A program made the position numbers and the translations under genes. This document shows positions 1-9,760 of a stretch of 37,279 nt of DNA, piece after piece. Each line of letters starts with the position of its first letter. Position 1 is the first letter of the stretch. This stretch comes from Candidatus Bathyarchaeota archaeon (lineage in GTDB: Archaea; Thermoproteota; Bathyarchaeia; TCS64), in assembly GCA_020354065.1 (NCBI GenBank), contig CP070640.1:720043-757321 (forward strand), given 5' to 3'. A model generated the notes under the pieces. It saw only the letters and a program-made list of their open reading frames with translations. It searched no databases and was not told the DNA's origin.

Positions 1-2
1 TC

Positions 3-455
3 GGGGCCATCATCTCCATCGTCGGCTTCATCGTGACCTTCATCCTGAACTTCGCAGCCATCGACATGGCAAGGGACGCCTACATGAACCAGCCCATGGA
101 CCTGGGCAGGAGCTTCAACTACGCCCTGGGCAGGATAGGGACGTTCTTCGTGGCCGCCATCGTGGCGGGGCTGATATCAATAACGATCGTCCTAATCCCG
201 GTGGCCATCCTCATCATGGTCGTCATAGTCATGGACGAGAGGGGTATCGCCTACGCCATCTCCCAGTCCTTCAGCGTCCTGGGCCGGGACCTGGGGGATG
301 TCATCGTGCTCCTCGTCGTCGCGATCATCGGCTACCTCCTCCTTGGCTGGGTCCCCCTGGTCGGGGGCCTCCTCACAGCCTGCTTCGGCGTGGTCATTGA
401 CCTCGCGTTCATCGACGTCTACTATCAATACCAGAGAGCGTTCATGGACTTCTAA
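3..455 (+). CDS. Multi-pass membrane protein, 5'-truncated by the window edge
   Basis: Frame open from nt 3 to TAA at 453-455; several hydrophobic helices; GC3-rich codons. Confidence 0.75.
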   Translation, partial: GAIISIVGFIVTFILNFAAIDMARDAYMNQPMDLGRSFNYALGRIGTFFVAAIVAGLISITIVLIPVAILIMVVIVMDERGIAYAISQSFSVLGRDLGDVIVLLVVAIIGYLLLGWVPLVGGLLTACFGVVIDLAFIDVYYQYQRAFMDF

Positions 456-472
456 GCCGGCGACACTGCCTG

Positions 473-1387
473 CTACATGGCCCTGAGCCGTTTTATCCGC
501 TCATCGATGGGCGGGTGGGTCGCGTACAGGGCGTCCAGGGCGCTCTTGTTGGGGTCGACGAAGAAGATGTGGCTCACCGCCTCGCTCACGTCCATCTCCC
601 CCCGGTTGTGGCCCCTGATCTTCTCCAGTGCCGAGGCGAGGCCCTCGGGGTAGCGGGTGAGCTCGGCGCCAGAAGCGTCTGAAAGATACTCCCTCCGCCT
701 GGAGACGGCGAACTGGACGATGCGGGTGAGGATGGGCGCGAAGATGGCGAGGAAGAAGCCCACGGCCAGGATGGCGATCTCGATGCCTCGGCCCCGTTCA
801 TCTCTCCCCCTCCTTCTGCCTCCTGTGTAGGCCCTGAACCTGTAGGTCCTGAGGATGACGTGGCTGAGGATGGCGGCGAGGCCCACGAAAACAGCGACCA
901 GGGTCATGAAGGTGACATCCCGGTTCCTGATGTGGCTCATCTCGTGGGCCACCACCCCCTCCAGCTCCTGCCTGTCAAGGATCTCCATCAGGCCCGTGGT
1001 CACGGCGACGCTGGCGTGCTCGGGGTCCCTACCCGTGGCGAAGGCGTTGACCTCATCGCTGGGCACAACGTAGACCTGGGGGGGCGGGATCCCCGCCGCG
1101 ATGCTCAGGCCCTCCACGGTGTCTCTGAGGTGTAGGTACTCCCGGCCCTCGGCGGGCTTGGCCCCCGTCGCCCTAAGCACCACCTGGTCCCCGTACATGT
1201 ACGAGCTGTAGGAGTAGCCGACCACGACGAGCAATGTGAGAGGGAGAACCACGATTAGGTACCCGGGCGCGAGGAGGTAGCTGAGGATGGAGGCGAGGGC
1301 GACTACTATCACCGATAGAGTGGAGGCGAGAAGGATGGAGCTCCTCTTGTTCCTGGCGATCTCGTCCCGGAAGCTTAACCTGCCCAT
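473..1387 (-). CDS. htpX: Zinc metalloprotease HtpX (peptidase M48)
   Basis: NAFATG, HEMSH (HExxH), SRRREYLSD and THPPIDERI motifs; N-terminal TM helices; directly follows lemA. Confidence 0.93.
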   Translation of the reverse strand: MGRLSFRDEIARNKRSSILLASTLSVIVVALASILSYLLAPGYLIVVLPLTLLVVVGYSYSSYMYGDQVVLRATGAKPAEGREYLHLRDTVEGLSIAAGIPPPQVYVVPSDEVNAFATGRDPEHASVAVTTGLMEILDRQELEGVVAHEMSHIRNRDVTFMTLVAVFVGLAAILSHVILRTYRFRAYTGGRRRGRDERGRGIEIAILAVGFFLAIFAPILTRIVQFAVSRRREYLSDASGAELTRYPEGLASALEKIRGHNRGEMDVSEAVSHIFFVDPNKSALDALYATHPPIDERIKRLRAM

Positions 1388-1938
1388 CAGAACTCCACTT
1401 TGGGCAGCTCTCGGTCCTCCTCCGGGATCTCGAGGAACTCGTGCTTAGGCCTGCCGCCGGCGAACCAGACCCCGGGTATCGTCGAGATGAGGTTGTTGAA
1501 GTTGAGGATGGTGCTGTTGTAGTACTGGCGGGCGTAGGCGATCTTGTTCTCGATGCCCTCAAGCTGCTCCTGGAAGAGCTTGAAGTTCTCCGAAGCCTTC
1601 AGGTCGGGGTAGGCCTCCGCCACCGCGAAGAGGCCTCGCAGCGCCCCGGTGAGGGCGTTGGAAGCCTCCATCCGCTCCCCCCGGGTCCCGGTCACCATCC
1701 CAGCCCGGGCCTCTGCGATCTTCTCGAAGATCTCCCTCTCGTGGGAGGCGTAGCCCTTGACCGTCTCCACCAGGTTCGGCACCAGATCGAACCTCTTCTT
1801 CAGCTGGACGTCGATCTGGGCCCAGGCCTCCTCGATGCGGTTGAAGAGGATCCTGACCCGGTTGTAGTAGGAAACGAACCAAGCAGCTATGATAACTGCG
1901 ATGATTCCAATCGCGAGTGGTATGATATAACCGTTCAT
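1387..1938 (-). CDS. lemA: LemA family protein
   Basis: N-terminal TM helix, then YN..., AWAQIDVQLKKRFDLVPNLVETVKGYA and AEAYPDLKAS; stop overlaps the htpX ATG (TGATG). Confidence 0.95.
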   Translation of the reverse strand: MNGYIIPLAIGIIAVIIAAWFVSYYNRVRILFNRIEEAWAQIDVQLKKRFDLVPNLVETVKGYASHEREIFEKIAEARAGMVTGTRGERMEASNALTGALRGLFAVAEAYPDLKASENFKLFQEQLEGIENKIAYARQYYNSTILNFNNLISTIPGVWFAGGRPKHEFLEIPEEDRELPKVEF

Positions 1939-2059
1939 GATAGATTCCTATTAACGGAGCGTTGGAGATTATTTATTAATTTATTGAAGACCAAGGATGG
2001 AGTCAGGCCAATCCTGACGGTCTCGGAAGGTTCTTTGGCCAGGATTCCGCTCGTGAACT

Positions 2060-2779
2060 TCACGCTAGGGTGAAGTAGACGACCCTCCCGCCCTTCCGCT
2101 GCTCCTGGAGCTCAAGTTTCTCCAGGCGCCCGATCTCCCCGGTGCTCCTGACGTGGGTTCCGAAGCAGAATGTGAGGGCGTACCCCGAGATGTCCACCAT
2201 CCTGAGCCTGTCGATGTTCCGGGGGATCTTCTCAAGGAAAGCCCGTTTCCTCTCGTCGCCGTCCACGTCCAGCTCCTCGCGGCTCGTGTGGTAGATCCTC
2301 ACGGGGGCGTCCTCGTCAACGATCTCGTCGAACTGGGCTTCCACGCGCTCCACGGTCTCCTCGTCAAGGTTTGAGGGCCTGAACTCGAGGCGCTCAAGGT
2401 CGGAGTAGACTTTGGGCCCCGCGCTGGCTTCTTCGAAGAGGCCTGTGAGGAGGTGCTCGGCACTGTGTCGCCTCATGTTGTAGAACCTGGGTTCCCAGTC
2501 GATGACGCCGTGGATTTGGGCGCCGACGAGGATGTCCTCGGTGGTGTAGTGGAATATGTCCCGGCCCCTCTTCATCACCTTGCGGACTCCGACCTCCCCG
2601 CCCTCGTGGATGAGGATGCCGGTGTCGGAGGGCTGCCCGCCGGCCTCAGGGTGGAAGGCGGTGCGGTCCAGCACCGCGAACCTGGGCCCGGCCCTGACGA
2701 CCTCGGCGTCGAACTCCTTGATGTAGCTGTCCTGGGCGTAGAGAGGCTCTGAGGTGTAGTAATCGTTGGCTGAGCTCAT
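2060..2779 (-). CDS. alaX: Free-standing alanyl-tRNA editing protein (AlaX-M type)
   Basis: LDRTAFHPEAGGQPSDTG; zinc motifs HSAEH (HxxxH) and CFGTH (CxxxH). Confidence 0.85.
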   Translation of the reverse strand: MSSANDYYTSEPLYAQDSYIKEFDAEVVRAGPRFAVLDRTAFHPEAGGQPSDTGILIHEGGEVGVRKVMKRGRDIFHYTTEDILVGAQIHGVIDWEPRFYNMRRHSAEHLLTGLFEEASAGPKVYSDLERLEFRPSNLDEETVERVEAQFDEIVDEDAPVRIYHTSREELDVDGDERKRAFLEKIPRNIDRLRMVDISGYALTFCFGTHVRSTGEIGRLEKLELQEQRKGGRVVYFTLA

Positions 2780-2888
2780 TGTATAAGCCCCTTATACTGG
2801 TTCTCTAGCACACATATGAAAAAAGGTTGGCTCTTGAAGGCTCACACATCTTCCGTAAATCAAAAAATAAAGGTTGGAAAGCTAGGGG

Positions 2889-3290
2889 TTATTTCAGACC
2901 CGTCTTCCCCAGCTGCCTCATCATTATGAATATGACGAAGGCGATTATCAGGAAGTCGAGCAGCGCACCTGTGAAACTCCCCACGGCCAGAGGGATCGGT
3001 CCCAAGTTCAGGACGGCCTCCCTCCATCCCCCATCGCGGATGAAGACGCCGATCACCGGCATGATGATGTCTGAGACGAGGGCCGAGACGAGCTTGCTCA
3101 CCGCCCCACCCATGATGAAGGCGATAGCCAGACCGATGACCCCGTACTTGTTTAGGAACTGGACGAACTCCTCCACAAACCCCTTCGGGGGCGGCGGGGG
3201 AGGGGCGGGCTCCTCCGTTAGCACCTCCCTGATCCTCCGGAGCTCCCCCAGCATCTCCCCTTGGATTCTTTCCTCGGACAGAGACTCCAC
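2889..3290 (-). CDS. mscL: Large-conductance mechanosensitive channel, atypical N-terminal extension
   Basis: FVEEFVQFL S1 helix; VIGLAIAFIMGGAVSKLVSALVSDIIMP TM1; GSFTGALLDFLIIAFVIF TM2. Confidence 0.9.
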   Translation of the reverse strand: MESLSEERIQGEMLGELRRIREVLTEEPAPPPPPPKGFVEEFVQFLNKYGVIGLAIAFIMGGAVSKLVSALVSDIIMPVIGVFIRDGGWREAVLNLGPIPLAVGSFTGALLDFLIIAFVIFIMMRQLGKTGLK

Positions 3291-3343
3291 CAGAATTGAG
3301 TATCTAACGGGCGTAAAAGAATAGTGCGTTTTTCAGAGGAACC

Positions 3344-4420
3344 CTACTCGACGTGGCAGCGGAGCATCATCTTGCCGAAGACCTCCCCGGAGATGCAGTC
3401 GCCGCAGGAGATGCACTTCGCCTCAGGCTGCCCGGCCTTGAGGAGCCTGACCAGATCCGGCTCTCGGATGAAGGGCCTGCTCATTGAGACCAAATCGGCC
3501 ACATCCTTCTCAATAATAGCCTCCATGCATCCCCGGCTCCTGATGCCGTTGACCAGGGCCAGGGGCGTCGGCTTTGTGGCGGCCCTGATCTTGACGGCGT
3601 GCCCCGCGAAATTCGCCTCGGAGAGGTCGGGATCCTCGGATCTGGCCCTGGTCCTCAGGGCTTCTTGGTGACCCAAGCCCCCTCCGCTAATCTCGATGGC
3701 GTCAAGGCCCCTCCTGCAGATGGCCTCGGTCACCCTGACGCTGTCGTTGATGGTGAAGCCTTCCGGGGAGAAGTCGTCGCAGTTCATCTTGAGGAGAACG
3801 GGTGTGCAACCCCCCACCCGGGCCCTTATCTCGTCGTAGACCTCGTTGAGGAGGCGCATCCTGTTCTCGAGGCTACCACCGTACTCGTCGGTGCGGCTGT
3901 TGGCGAGGCTAGAGAGGAACTGGGAGACGAGGTAGCCGTGGGCCCCGTGGATCTGGACCCCGTCGAAGCCCGCGTCCATGGCCCTCCTGGCGGCCTCCCC
4001 GAAAGCGTCGACGATCCCGTGAATCTCATCGGCAGCGAGGGCCCTGGCCATCCAGCGCTCCGTTTTATATTCGGAAGGGCCGGTCCTGTCTACCCTGCTG
4101 GTGTATCCGGCGTGGTTGAGCTGGGCGACGATCTTCTTGCCGTGCTCGTGGACCGCGTCCGTGAGCTCCCGGAGCTTAGGGATGTGGAGGTCGCTGCTCA
4201 GCCCCGCCATCCCAGTGTGCGCCTTCCCGGAGTCCGAGACGTAGAGGTGGCCCTTCACGATGAGGCCGATGCCCCCCTCGGCGAGGCCACGGTAGAGCAT
4301 TATGATCTCTGGGCGGACGACGCCCTGCGGGTCTGACCAGTAGGAGGTGGTCGCGGACCTCACGAAGCGGTTCCGGATCTCCATGCAGCCTATCCTGTAC
4401 GGTTCAAACAGAACGGACAT
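3344..4420 (-). CDS. NADH:flavin oxidoreductase (Old Yellow Enzyme family) with C-terminal Cys cluster
   Basis: NRFVRSAT, AGFDGVQIHGAHGYLVSQFLS and NSRTDEYGGSLENRMR motifs; CISCGDC...C at the C-terminus. Confidence 0.92.
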   Translation of the reverse strand: MSVLFEPYRIGCMEIRNRFVRSATTSYWSDPQGVVRPEIIMLYRGLAEGGIGLIVKGHLYVSDSGKAHTGMAGLSSDLHIPKLRELTDAVHEHGKKIVAQLNHAGYTSRVDRTGPSEYKTERWMARALAADEIHGIVDAFGEAARRAMDAGFDGVQIHGAHGYLVSQFLSSLANSRTDEYGGSLENRMRLLNEVYDEIRARVGGCTPVLLKMNCDDFSPEGFTINDSVRVTEAICRRGLDAIEISGGGLGHQEALRTRARSEDPDLSEANFAGHAVKIRAATKPTPLALVNGIRSRGCMEAIIEKDVADLVSMSRPFIREPDLVRLLKAGQPEAKCISCGDCISGEVFGKMMLRCHVE

Positions 4421-4482
4421 GGGTTAAACCTCTAGGGTTCTGGGGCCAAGTGGTTTATGTGTTGCCGAAGGGGTAGCGCGTA

Positions 4483-5316
4483 TCAATGGGCGCCGCCTTC
4501 CGGGTACATTTTCTTCTTGGCGGCCTCCGTCAGGTAGTAGTCAGGTAGGAAGTATGGGGGCTGGTCGACTCCGCCGAAGGGCATCGGCCTCGGTAGCAGG
4601 TGCTTCGTCTCTTCGAGGCCCTCGATGACCGCCTCGAGCTGGCCGCCCGGGATGCAGATGAACATCTCATCGTCCTGGACGATGGAGCTCACCCTCTCGC
4701 CCCTGCAGGGAAACCCGACGGAGGGCCTCCTGGAGAGGTAGCTGCTCGCCATCCCCTCAATGCAGACGCCGTACTTCCCTGCTGTAGAGATCTCCAGCCT
4801 GGGGGCGTTGCCCCAGAGGTAGGCTTGGAAGATCTTGAGGATATCCAGAGGGTTCCCGTAGAAGACCACCTGGTCGATGTCCAGATTCATCTTGTCTAGG
4901 GGCGCGACCGCCACAGCCCTCACTGTGCCGTATTCGATCCTCGGCAGGGTCTGGAACATCTCCCTGCAAAGGGCCGAGTCCCTCCTCACGCCGTCCCAGA
5001 CGCCTATTTCCCCAGAGCTCATCGCCTCGTCGAAGGGGTGGAACCCGACCGCCATGGTTCCTATGTTGCAGGCCGAGTCCTCGGGGGTCGAGAAGACCTT
5101 CCGCCCTTGGTGCCTCGCGATCCCTACGAGTTGGCAGACGTTGAGCGGGTGGCGTGGCCTGTAGAAGCCCTCCTCGACCAGCTCCCACTCCAGCTCCTCG
5201 TCGATGGATGGGAGGTACCTCACCGCTACCGGATGGGTCTTGAAGGACAGGAGCTGCTTGAGGTGATCGTACTGTTCAGAGCTATCTGCCATCCCTCTTC
5301 CCTCGAATCTGGTCAT
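4483..5316 (-). CDS. DUF169 family protein
   Basis: HPVAV, NVCQLVGIAR, AVAVAPL, GVC, PCRGER and DDEM pattern; the start could instead be the ATG at 5292. Confidence 0.75.
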   Translation of the reverse strand: MTRFEGRGMADSSEQYDHLKQLLSFKTHPVAVRYLPSIDEELEWELVEEGFYRPRHPLNVCQLVGIARHQGRKVFSTPEDSACNIGTMAVGFHPFDEAMSSGEIGVWDGVRRDSALCREMFQTLPRIEYGTVRAVAVAPLDKMNLDIDQVVFYGNPLDILKIFQAYLWGNAPRLEISTAGKYGVCIEGMASSYLSRRPSVGFPCRGERVSSIVQDDEMFICIPGGQLEAVIEGLEETKHLLPRPMPFGGVDQPPYFLPDYYLTEAAKKKMYPEGGAH

Positions 5317-5385
5317 CCATGCGTGAGCGATATAAATATCTTTACGGGGCTTTTCAGTGCCTCACCGGGGAGGGGCGGCTCCATC

Positions 5386-5823
5386 TCAGCTAAGGTCGGC
5401 GGTATGCTCCCGGATCCTCTCGGCGATCTGGGAAAGCTCCTCCCGGCCGATGTGCCTCTGGGGCCTCGCGATTCCCTGGATGATGCCCCCTCTGTCGCTC
5501 CTCGATCTGGGGATGACATGGATGTGGATGTGGGGCACCTCCTGGCCGCTCTCCTGGCCGTTGTTGATGCCGATGGTGCTCGCTGGGGCGCCTACGGCCG
5601 ACTGGATCCGGCCCACGAGGCGGTGGAGGACCCTGAACAGAGCGGAGGCGTCCTCCTCGGACAGGTCCTCGATCCTAGAGACGTGGGTCTTGGGGATGAC
5701 GAGGGTGTGGCCTGGGGTGGAGGGGTGGATGTCGAGGAAGGCGAGGGCCCTCTCGTCCTCGTAGACCTTTTCAGAGGGGATCTCTCCCCTGATGATCCTG
5801 CAGAATACGCATTGCCCGGACAT
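5386..5823 (-). CDS. HIT family nucleotide hydrolase
   Basis: CVFCRII, GHTLVIPK and histidine triad HIHIH. Confidence 0.93.
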   Translation of the reverse strand: MSGQCVFCRIIRGEIPSEKVYEDERALAFLDIHPSTPGHTLVIPKTHVSRIEDLSEEDASALFRVLHRLVGRIQSAVGAPASTIGINNGQESGQEVPHIHIHVIPRSRSDRGGIIQGIARPQRHIGREELSQIAERIREHTADLS

Positions 5824-5858
5824 TCTCTGCCGTAGGTAGGTCGAGAGCCTTGAAAGGA

Positions 5859-6953
5859 TTATCTGCCACGCCCCTTCCGGAGGGCTCTGAGGACGCCGTT
5901 GGGGCAGAGCTCAACGCAGCAGAAGCACTGAATGCAGCTGGGGTCGTGGATCTCCGGGTTCCCGTGCATGGTTATGGCCCCGCCTGGGCAGACCGTGGCG
6001 CAGACGCCGCAGCCCGTGCACCTCTCGCTGTTGCACTCGATGGCCATCCTGATGTCGATGAATATCTTGCCGTCCGAGTGGGTCTGCGGCCTCTTGAAGG
6101 GTCGGACGGCCTTCTCGACTGGGAGGCCGACCACCTCGATCTCTTCAAGGGAGGCGTGGCCTAGCCCCCTTTCCACCGCGAGGAAGCTGGTGCCGACCTC
6201 CATGGGGTCCCAGCCCATGACGGCCGATGCCACCAGATCGACGGCCACGGCGTCCTCCCCGGCGATGATGAGGCCAAGATCGACCGGGTCGCCTGTTGTG
6301 GGCCCTTCTCCCTCCATCGCGACGACGGCGTCCACGACGTTCAGGCGGACCCGCCCCCTGATGGCCTGATACAGATCCACGAGCAGGCGGCTGAAGCCCT
6401 CGGGGTCGTTGCCGGTCTGGATGTGGTGGTGGGCTTTGATCCCCCCTTGCTGGAGGCCGAAGAGGTTCTTGACCGCGCAAGTCAGCTTGGTGAGGGTGTG
6501 GGTCTTGAGCTTGGGGGTGTTGATGATGCCGTCGCACTCTACGGCGAACCGGGGGAACCAGAACTCGTGGACGACCTCGGCCTCATGGTTCTCGACCTTG
6601 ACCGGCTCCTCCCTGTCGAGGACGTTGACCTCCACGCCCGCCTCCCTGCACAGCTCCCTGACTCCGAGGCCGTCGAAGACTATGTCCGGCCTGGTATAGG
6701 ATGCGGTGGCCGGGCACTCCCCCACGACAGGCGCAGCCCCGGCCTCCTTGACCATCCCGGCCAGGGTCATGAAGACCCGGGAGTCGGTGGTGGCTCCCCT
6801 GTCAGCGGTTATCGCGATGAAGAGGTTGGGTTTGATGAGATAGGTCCCGCCCGGCCTCACGAACCTCTCGATGCCGCCCAGGAGGTCTACTGCCTCCCTG
6901 ACCGCCTCCTCGACGTCGTCCTGGGTTCGGACGATGGAGACGCGCGGCTTCAT
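5859..6953 (-). CDS. DUF362 protein with C-terminal 2x[4Fe-4S] ferredoxin domain
   Basis: LIKPNL, PKLKTH...TCAVKNLFG and AMEGEGP motifs; two CxxCxxCxxxCP motifs. Confidence 0.88.
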   Translation of the reverse strand: MKPRVSIVRTQDDVEEAVREAVDLLGGIERFVRPGGTYLIKPNLFIAITADRGATTDSRVFMTLAGMVKEAGAAPVVGECPATASYTRPDIVFDGLGVRELCREAGVEVNVLDREEPVKVENHEAEVVHEFWFPRFAVECDGIINTPKLKTHTLTKLTCAVKNLFGLQQGGIKAHHHIQTGNDPEGFSRLLVDLYQAIRGRVRLNVVDAVVAMEGEGPTTGDPVDLGLIIAGEDAVAVDLVASAVMGWDPMEVGTSFLAVERGLGHASLEEIEVVGLPVEKAVRPFKRPQTHSDGKIFIDIRMAIECNSERCTGCGVCATVCPGGAITMHGNPEIHDPSCIQCFCCVELCPNGVLRALRKGRGR

Positions 6954-7034
6954 GTTTTACAGATTCAGGTCGGGGGGATAAAAAAGAGTTGAGTGGGGAG
7001 ATGTAAACCGAAATATGGCGCCGTCCGAACCACT

Positions 7035-7421
7035 ATGTTGATGAGCAGCCCCGAGTTCAAGCTGGTCTTCGTTTACAACGCCGACAGCGGTCTCTACGAG
7101 GCCATGGTGGACGGCCTCAGGAAGCTGGTGGCTCCCATGACCCAGGCCTGCAGACTCTGCGCCCTCACCTACCAGGTTGCCTGGATGAGGCCCGCTTGGA
7201 GCAGGTTCGTTCGCAGCCTCAGCATACAGGTGGAGTTCCTCCACAGGGACGAGTTCAAGGAGCGATACGGGGATGTGGAGGTCGGGTCCCCCTCAGCCTT
7301 CATCGACAGGGGAGGTGATCTTGAGCCCTTCATCAGTAGCGATGAGATGAATGCTACAGAGACCCTGGATGACCTCATGAATGTGATCAGGGATAGACTT
7401 AACGAGCGGGGGTTGGGCTGA
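7035..7421 (+). CDS. Conserved hypothetical protein (YNADSG / CxLC family)
   Basis: LVFVYNADSG, CRLCALTY and FLHRDEF motifs; start at ATG 7035 or 7041 preferred over 6993. Confidence 0.7.
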   Translation: MLMSSPEFKLVFVYNADSGLYEAMVDGLRKLVAPMTQACRLCALTYQVAWMRPAWSRFVRSLSIQVEFLHRDEFKERYGDVEVGSPSAFIDRGGDLEPFISSDEMNATETLDDLMNVIRDRLNERGLG

Positions 7422-7480
7422 GCCGTCCGATATTGCATGGGTAGAAACGTGATATGCCGCTTAAGAAAAAAGGAAAAGAT

Positions 7481-8326
7481 CTAGTCTTTGAAGGCGTCCG
7501 GGACGGGTATCGTCTTCCAGGTTTCGATGAAGTCCACGAAGAACTGGACCCCCTCCTCGAACATCTTTTCCCCCTCCTCCGGGCTGGCGGTCCGGGGGTC
7601 GTTGGTGCCGTAGACGCCGCTGGAGGTGAAGTCGATGTTCACCGGGGGCATGCATGCCGATCTCACCTGGCTGACCAGCTCGAAGTCCTCCCTGTCGGGG
7701 TCCATGAACTCGAAGAGCCTGGGGTCCATCTCCAATGTTGGCTCCCAGCCTTCTAGCCTCCATATCTCTACCAGCTCGGGGAAGAGGTGGAGGGCGGCCG
7801 AGGTCTCCGTCGGCCCCGAGTGGACATCCCAGTAGCGCTTCTGCCTGTCCTCCAGCTCCTGAGCGAGCTCCGTCTTGCTGGGTCCTCTGGGTGTTGCGAC
7901 CATCACGTTGTAGTAGTTCTTGGCGAGCCGGGCCGCGAGGCGGTAGATCTCCTCGTTGCCACCGTGGTGGTTGGAAATAATGAAGCGCTCCACGCCGTGC
8001 TCTGCGAGGCTGGCGACGGTATCCATGATCACCGCCAGGAGGGTCTCCTCCCTGAAGGTAACGGTGCCCCTGAAGCCCATGTGGTGGGGCGAGTACCCCG
8101 GCCAGCAGGGGTGGAAGCAGACGCTGTTGGTCCTCTTCGCGATCTCGTAGATGAAGTGCCTTGCTCCATGGCTGTCCATTCCTAGGGGCAGATGGGGCCC
8201 GTGCTGCTCTATGGAGCCGACGCCGATAATCACGACGGGGGCGGGCTCGTTGTCCAGCCAGTCCTCGAAGGCGGGGCGGGTCAGCTCGTGGAGCCAGAAC
8301 CTCTTGAGCTTTCCGTTCTCTGACAT
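7481..8326 (-). CDS. Creatininase / creatinine amidohydrolase family
   Basis: GSIEQHGPHLPLGMD, GYSPHH, NHHGGN and HSGPTETS metal ligands. Confidence 0.9.
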   Translation of the reverse strand: MSENGKLKRFWLHELTRPAFEDWLDNEPAPVVIIGVGSIEQHGPHLPLGMDSHGARHFIYEIAKRTNSVCFHPCWPGYSPHHMGFRGTVTFREETLLAVIMDTVASLAEHGVERFIISNHHGGNEEIYRLAARLAKNYYNVMVATPRGPSKTELAQELEDRQKRYWDVHSGPTETSAALHLFPELVEIWRLEGWEPTLEMDPRLFEFMDPDREDFELVSQVRSACMPPVNIDFTSSGVYGTNDPRTASPEEGEKMFEEGVQFFVDFIETWKTIPVPDAFKD

Positions 8327-8349
8327 GATCTCACCGGATATTCTCCTGC

Positions 8350-8370
8350 GAATCCGGATTTAACGGATTC
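8350..8370. promoter_or_regulatory. Inverted repeat GAATCCG-N7-CGGATTC in a divergent promoter
   Basis: Perfect 7-bp arms around an AT-rich (TATA-like) core, 24-44 nt upstream of the creatininase ATG. Confidence 0.45.
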
Positions 8371-8441
8371 TACCTTAATTACAGGAAGTAACAATAAGGG
8401 ACCCGTACAGACGGCCCAGAACAACGAGGTGGAACCTAACC

Positions 8442-8855
8442 TTGAAGATCTACTTCGCAGCCTCCATCCGAGGAGGGGGGATCGACCCCGAGACCTGCAG
8501 GGAGATGATGCGGCATCTCAAGGGACACGGGACAGTGTTCACAGAGCACATCTGCGAGGAGGCCGGGGGCAGGGACGACCGGGATCCCGACGCGGAGATC
8601 TATGAGAGGGACATCCGCTGGCTCAGGGAGGCAGACTTGATGGTGGCCGAGGTCTCAACGCCCTCCCTCGGAGTGGGCTACGAGATCGGGAAGGCTGAGG
8701 AGTGGGGGAAGAGGATCCTCTGCCTCTACCGCAGGGGCTCCCCTTGGAGGCTCTCCGCGATGATTGGGGGGAACAGGAGCCTCGTGGTCAGGGAGTACCG
8801 AGAGCTCCAGGAGGCCTTTGCGCATATCGACGAGTTTCTCAAGAGCCCTTTGTGA
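8442..8855 (+). CDS. Nucleoside 2-deoxyribosyltransferase / RCL (DNPH1)-like N-glycosidase
   Basis: KIYFAASIRGG, IYERDIRWL, AEVSTPSLGVGYEIG and LSAMI motifs; TTG start. Confidence 0.88.
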   Translation: MKIYFAASIRGGGIDPETCREMMRHLKGHGTVFTEHICEEAGGRDDRDPDAEIYERDIRWLREADLMVAEVSTPSLGVGYEIGKAEEWGKRILCLYRRGSPWRLSAMIGGNRSLVVREYRELQEAFAHIDEFLKSPL

Positions 8856-8977
8856 CGTCTCAGGCCCATGATCAGTGCTCGTATTAACTGGTTGACATAT
8901 ATTCAAAAGAAAGCGCGCGCTACCTCACGCTGATCAAATTTCAATATGCACAATTAGACAAAAAACCGTTCAACTGT

Positions 8978-9760
8978 CTATGGCTCGCCTCTCTCCCAGT
9001 AATGCTGGAAGAGATCCCAACACCACTTGTGGCTCCTCTCTTCCTCAGATGAGAAACCTAGCAGATCAAAGCTCCCGTCCGGCTTCGGGAGGGCGATCAG
9101 GGCTACCTCCCTCTCCGACATCCAGATGACGATATCCATCCTCTCCAGGAACCTCTCCTCCATGAGCCCCGTCGCCTCAGCCCTCAGTATCGCATCCTGG
9201 TCCTCCCTGCTGAGAGCCCCCTTGATGAGGGGGTGGACCTCGTAGTCCTTCGGGGCCATCAGCCTGAGGCTCACCCCTCGGTCGAAGGCCTGCCGGAGGA
9301 TGGGGAAGACGCTCATGGGCATGGGGAAGTTGATGCTCCAGACGTACTCCTCCGCCTCCCGGACAATCCCCTCGATGCGGTATATGGAGACCATCGGATC
9401 GCCCATGTAGTTGCTACCCTGAAGCTCACCGAGCCTGGCGAGGAACTCCTGGGGCAGGCTCTCGTGGCTGTGGGAGGCGAAGTAGTCCCTGTGCCTCGTG
9501 GTGAACATCATCCCTGACATCTGTTTGAGGACGAGTCGTCCATAAGAGGTGAGGTGGAAGAGCCCCTCCTGGTCCCTCGTAGCGAGGCCAACCTCCACCA
9601 GACGGTAGAGGTGCCTGCTGGCCTCCTGGGTGGTCAGGCCCAGGGCATGGGAGAGGCCGGTGACGTTCATCGCCTCCCCATCCAGCCTCATGAGGATCGC
9701 CAGCCTGTCCTCATTGGAGGCCTCGAACAACATCCGGCAAAGGTCTTCCACGCCGTGCAC
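8978..9760 (-). CDS. ArsR-type wHTH transcriptional regulator with DUF1724-like C-terminal domain
   Basis: SNEDRLAIL...SRHLYRL wHTH; LTSYG; C-terminal W..DLFQHYW; divergent from the nitroreductase. Confidence 0.8.
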   Translation of the reverse strand: MHGVEDLCRMLFEASNEDRLAILMRLDGEAMNVTGLSHALGLTTQEASRHLYRLVEVGLATRDQEGLFHLTSYGRLVLKQMSGMMFTTRHRDYFASHSHESLPQEFLARLGELQGSNYMGDPMVSIYRIEGIVREAEEYVWSINFPMPMSVFPILRQAFDRGVSLRLMAPKDYEVHPLIKGALSREDQDAILRAEATGLMEERFLERMDIVIWMSEREVALIALPKPDGSFDLLGFSSEEERSHKWCWDLFQHYWERGEP

